64,000 bases of DNA from an uncultured Demequinaceae bacterium. GTDB lineage: Bacteria > Actinomycetota > Actinomycetes > Actinomycetales > Demequinaceae. Location: the NCBI GenBank assembly GCA_964517615.1, contig CAZFEH010000001.1, positions 21,961 through 85,960 of the forward strand, in the 5' to 3' direction. A model generated the notes under the pieces. That model was not told the origin of the DNA. It made no database searches and saw only the letters and a program-made list of their open reading frames with translations. The translations under genes were made by a program, and so were the position numbers. Every line of letters begins with the position of its first letter. Position 1 is the first letter of the stretch. This document shows, one piece after another, positions 60,933-64,000 of this stretch.

Positions 60933-62683
60933 CTCCCGAGATGGCGCCCCCGGCACAGACCACCGCACAGACCACGGCATCGGCGCCGGGCACGAGGACC
61001 CCGTGGCTGCTCCTGGCGCGCGCCGCGGAGGTGCGCCCTGCCCGCGTCGCGCTGTCGATCGGCACGGGCACCGTGGCTCTGGGCTCGGCGGTCGGGCTCG
61101 CAGCCGTAGCCGCGTGGCTCATCGCGCGCGCCGCCGGAATGCCCTCCCCCGCCGATCTCGCGCTGGCGGCGACCGTGGTGCGCGCCTTCGGCATCGGCCG
61201 CGGGGTGTTCCGCTATCTGGAGCGGCTGGCGAGCCACGAGACCGCGCTGCGGGCCACCGTGGCGCTGCGGGCACGCGCCTACGATGCGGTGGCGCGCTCG
61301 GGGGCCCGCGACGCCCTGACGCTGCGACGCGGGGACATTCTGCGCCGCATGGGCGGTGACATCGATGCGATCGGCGACATGGTGGTGCGCGCCGTCATCC
61401 CCCTGGGCGTGGCCCTCACCGTGAGCACCCTCGCCGCAGGCATCTCGCTGTTCCTGGTACCCGCCGCAGGACTGATCCTTGGCGGGTGCCTGCTGATGGC
61501 GTTCGGCGGCGCGGCGGCGCTGGCGTGGCGTGGTGCGCGGCTTGCGGCTGAGGCCGGCGGCCAGGCGCATGCGCGCGTCGCGGCCGCCGCGATGGCCGCG
61601 CTCGACAACGCCGCCGAACACCGGGTGTGGGGCACGGCAGCCGACGCCGCCGCGGAGCTCTCCGCCGCGGATCGCGACTTCGAGCGCGCCGCGGAGCTCT
61701 CCGCCCGGCCGCAGGCGCTCGCCCTGGCACTGCAGACGCTGTGTGCCGGCGTGGCGCTCGTGGCCGGCGTGGGCATCGGCGTGTGGCAGGCGTCGGCGGG
61801 GCTCATCGGGCCCACGACCGCCGCGGTGGTCGCGCTCCTGCCGCTGGCCGCCTTCGAGGCCGTCCAGGCCGTTCCCGCGGCCATCGACCAGGCCTTCCGC
61901 ACGCGCGTGGCCGCACAGCGCCTGGGCGAGCTCGTGGGAGGCCTAAACCAGCTAGCCCCGAGACTTCCAAGGGGGCAAGTCCCAAATCTGGCTTTTGTGA
62001 CGCCAGAATCCGCCGATACGGGGCCAATATCGGACACTCACCCTTGGAAGTCTCCGGTGATGGCGATGGAGGGGGTTTCGGTGGCTTGGCCGGGCATGAC
62101 CCCCACCCTGCCCGTGACCGCACGGGTGGAGCCGGGCGGGGCACTGGGACTGGTGGGCCGCTCCGGCATCGGCAAGAGCACGCTGCTGCTGGCGATGGCC
62201 GGCGTCCACTCCCCTCATGCCGGGCGCATCACGCTCGGCGGCGAGGCCGTCACGGCCGCGCACACGGGCACCATGGTGGCGCTCACGCCCGAGGACGCCC
62301 ACCTGTTCGGCACCACGGTCCTGGAGAATCTGCGCGTCGCGCGCGGCGACGTCACCCCCGCGCAGGCCAGGGCGGCCCTGGACACCGTGGGCCTGACCTC
62401 ATGGTTGGAGGGCCTGCCCCACGGCCTGGACACGCTCGTGGGTGCGGGCGGCGGCACCGTGTCGGGCGGCGAGCGCCGGCGCCTGCTCCTGGCTCGCACC
62501 CTGCTGAGCCCAGCCCCCCTCCAACTGATCGACGAGCCCGCGGAGCATCTGGATGCCGAAGGCCTCGACTCCCTGCGCGCCACGGTGCGCGCACTGCGGG
62601 CCCGTGGCCGTACCGTGGTGATCGTGACCCATGACCTTGGAGTGCTTGACGTGGTGGATGAGGTGATCTCTCTTGATTCGTGA
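60929..62683 (+). CDS. cydC: Thiol/heme ABC exporter subunit CydC
   Basis: VRAFGIGRGVFRYLERLASH; GRSGIGKS, VSGGERRRL, IDEPAEHLD. Confidence 0.9.
   Translation: MTPEMAPPAQTTAQTTASAPGTRTPWLLLARAAEVRPARVALSIGTGTVALGSAVGLAAVAAWLIARAAGMPSPADLALAATVVRAFGIGRGVFRYLERLASHETALRATVALRARAYDAVARSGARDALTLRRGDILRRMGGDIDAIGDMVVRAVIPLGVALTVSTLAAGISLFLVPAAGLILGGCLLMAFGGAAALAWRGARLAAEAGGQAHARVAAAAMAALDNAAEHRVWGTAADAAAELSAADRDFERAAELSARPQALALALQTLCAGVALVAGVGIGVWQASAGLIGPTTAAVVALLPLAAFEAVQAVPAAIDQAFRTRVAAQRLGELVGGLNQLAPRLPRGQVPNLAFVTPESADTGPISDTHPWKSPVMAMEGVSVAWPGMTPTLPVTARVEPGGALGLVGRSGIGKSTLLLAMAGVHSPHAGRITLGGEAVTAAHTGTMVALTPEDAHLFGTTVLENLRVARGDVTPAQARAALDTVGLTSWLEGLPHGLDTLVGAGGGTVSGGERRRLLLARTLLSPAPLQLIDEPAEHLDAEGLDSLRATVRALRARGRTVVIVTHDLGVLDVVDEVISLDS
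61960..62054. repeat. Palindromic element embedded in-frame in cydC
   Basis: Perfect 14-bp IR GAGACTTCCAAGGG (61960-61973) / CCCTTGGAAGTCTC (62041-62054); lower GC and atypical codons. Confidence 0.75.
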
Positions 62684-62699
62684 ATCGACGGGTCATCCC

Positions 62700-64000
62700 G
62701 TGACCGACTCGCTCATCGATGCCATCATCTCGCTGGGGCGAGAACTCGACCTGCCCCAGGTGCTCGACAAGATGCTCGAGGCCGCGACCACCATCACCAC
62801 GGCGCCCTACGCGGCCATCAACATCCTCGACGAACGCGGCATCTCCAAGGAGTTCCACTACCGCGGCATGGAGTTCTCCGTGTGGGAGCACCTGGGGCGC
62901 GGCCCCAACGCGGTGGGCGTGCTCGCGAAGATCCCCGATCAGGGCGCCCTGGTGATCGAGGAGATCACCGAGCATCCCTCGTTCCGCGGGCTGCCTCCCG
63001 GCCACCCGCCGCTGGGCTCCTTTCTGGGCACGGCGCTGCGCAGCCGGGGCGAGGTCTTCGGCTACCTCTACCTCGCCTCCAAGGCGGGCGGCTTCACGAT
63101 CGAGGACCAGGCGGTGGTGCAGGCGCTCGCGTCCGCCGTGGCCGTCGCCGTGGAGAACGTGCAGCTGTTCGAGGAGGCCGCGGAACGCGAGCAGTGGCTT
63201 GAGGCGTCCGCCGCGATCACCACCACGCTGCTCGCGAGCCACGGTGACGAGGAGGCGATCCAGAACATCGTCGCCACCGCGCGCCGGCTCGGCAAGGCGG
63301 ACTCGGCCGTCCTGGTGCTTCCCGGCTTGGGAGACGAGTGGGTCATGGAGTTCGCGGACGGCTCGCGTGCCACGGATCTGATCGGCTCGGTGCTGCCGGA
63401 GGAGGGTTTCGCGATGTCCGTCATCCGCTCCGGGGTGGGCACGGTGGCTCCCCTGCCCCCGGGACCGTATGTGATCGAGTCCGTCAAGGGATTCGGACCC
63501 ACCCTGTATGCGCCGCTGCGTGCCTCGGATCACACCCTGGGTCTGCTGATGCTGTGGCGCCAACGGGGCGACCGGCTCTTCGACGAGCACGACCTCGCCA
63601 TCGCCCAGCGCTTCTCCAATCAGGCGGCCGTGGGCCTGCAACTGGGCGAGCTGGCGCATATGCGTTCGGTGGAGAGCCTCCTGGCGGAACGCGAGCGCAT
63701 CGCCGACGACCTCCATGACTTCGTCTCGCAGGAGCTCTTCGCCACCGCGATGCAGCTGGAGTCGATCGCCGTGGATGCCGACCCGGATCTGGCGGCGCGG
63801 CTGACCTCCACCCTCGACCACGTCAAGCGCGCCCAGCGCGAGGTGCGGGGTGTGATGGGGCAGCTCCAGGGCGAGCGCACCTCCGAGCCGCTGGCCGAGC
63901 GGGTGCGTCGGGAGATCCTGCTCGCCCAGGATTCCCTGGGCTTCTCCCCCGTGCTCACCGTCAACGACTGGGTGGCCGCGAGCGCCGCGGTGGACGCCGA
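62700..64000 (+). CDS. DosS/DevS-like double-GAF sensor histidine kinase (partial)
   Basis: Not in ORF track (no stop in window). From GTG 62700: LDLPQVL...EHPSFRGLPPGHPPLGSFLG...VFGYLYL; second GAF; H-box ERERIADDLHDFVSQELF. Confidence 0.85.
   Translation, partial: MTDSLIDAIISLGRELDLPQVLDKMLEAATTITTAPYAAINILDERGISKEFHYRGMEFSVWEHLGRGPNAVGVLAKIPDQGALVIEEITEHPSFRGLPPGHPPLGSFLGTALRSRGEVFGYLYLASKAGGFTIEDQAVVQALASAVAVAVENVQLFEEAAEREQWLEASAAITTTLLASHGDEEAIQNIVATARRLGKADSAVLVLPGLGDEWVMEFADGSRATDLIGSVLPEEGFAMSVIRSGVGTVAPLPPGPYVIESVKGFGPTLYAPLRASDHTLGLLMLWRQRGDRLFDEHDLAIAQRFSNQAAVGLQLGELAHMRSVESLLAERERIADDLHDFVSQELFATAMQLESIAVDADPDLAARLTSTLDHVKRAQREVRGVMGQLQGERTSEPLAERVRREILLAQDSLGFSPVLTVNDWVAASAAVDA

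Overview
High-GC actinobacterial chromosomal segment (probably Micrococcales; inferred from gene order and composition). Left to right: (1) an anaerobic-respiration cluster with two narK transporters, an ArnR-like regulator, narGHJI, mog-moaE-moaA, and a convergent, tightly coupled copC-hemCDBL-cysG-sirB-moeB-moeA-moaC-mobA-DUF6457-moaD run; (2) accessory genes: DoxX, MFS, SulP/ArsR, an LLM-MarR-FMN reductase-GNAT-pirin operon, MFS/MMPL efflux, a Cys-rich microprotein-CoA-disulfide reductase/rhodanese-CsoR/CstR operon, DUF1801/transglutaminase genes and ada-alkA/ogt; (3) core genes tRNA-Ala, rsfS, nadD, proA, proB, obgE, rpmA, rplU and rne, with a Family 2A encapsulin plus cargo cysteine desulfurase inserted between proB and proA; (4) cydABDC and a partial DosS-like GAF kinase. 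Most unusual observations: a 17-bp tandem repeat that builds three ATGA-coupled 6-aa mini-ORFs between hemL and cysG; a palindromic element sitting in-frame inside cydC; a CydD ATPase domain apparently lacking its helical subdomain; DosR-type boxes upstream of cydA and doxX; and several REP/MITE-like inverted-repeat elements. All calls come from reading the sequence and recalled motifs; no database searches were run, and some start codons are best guesses.
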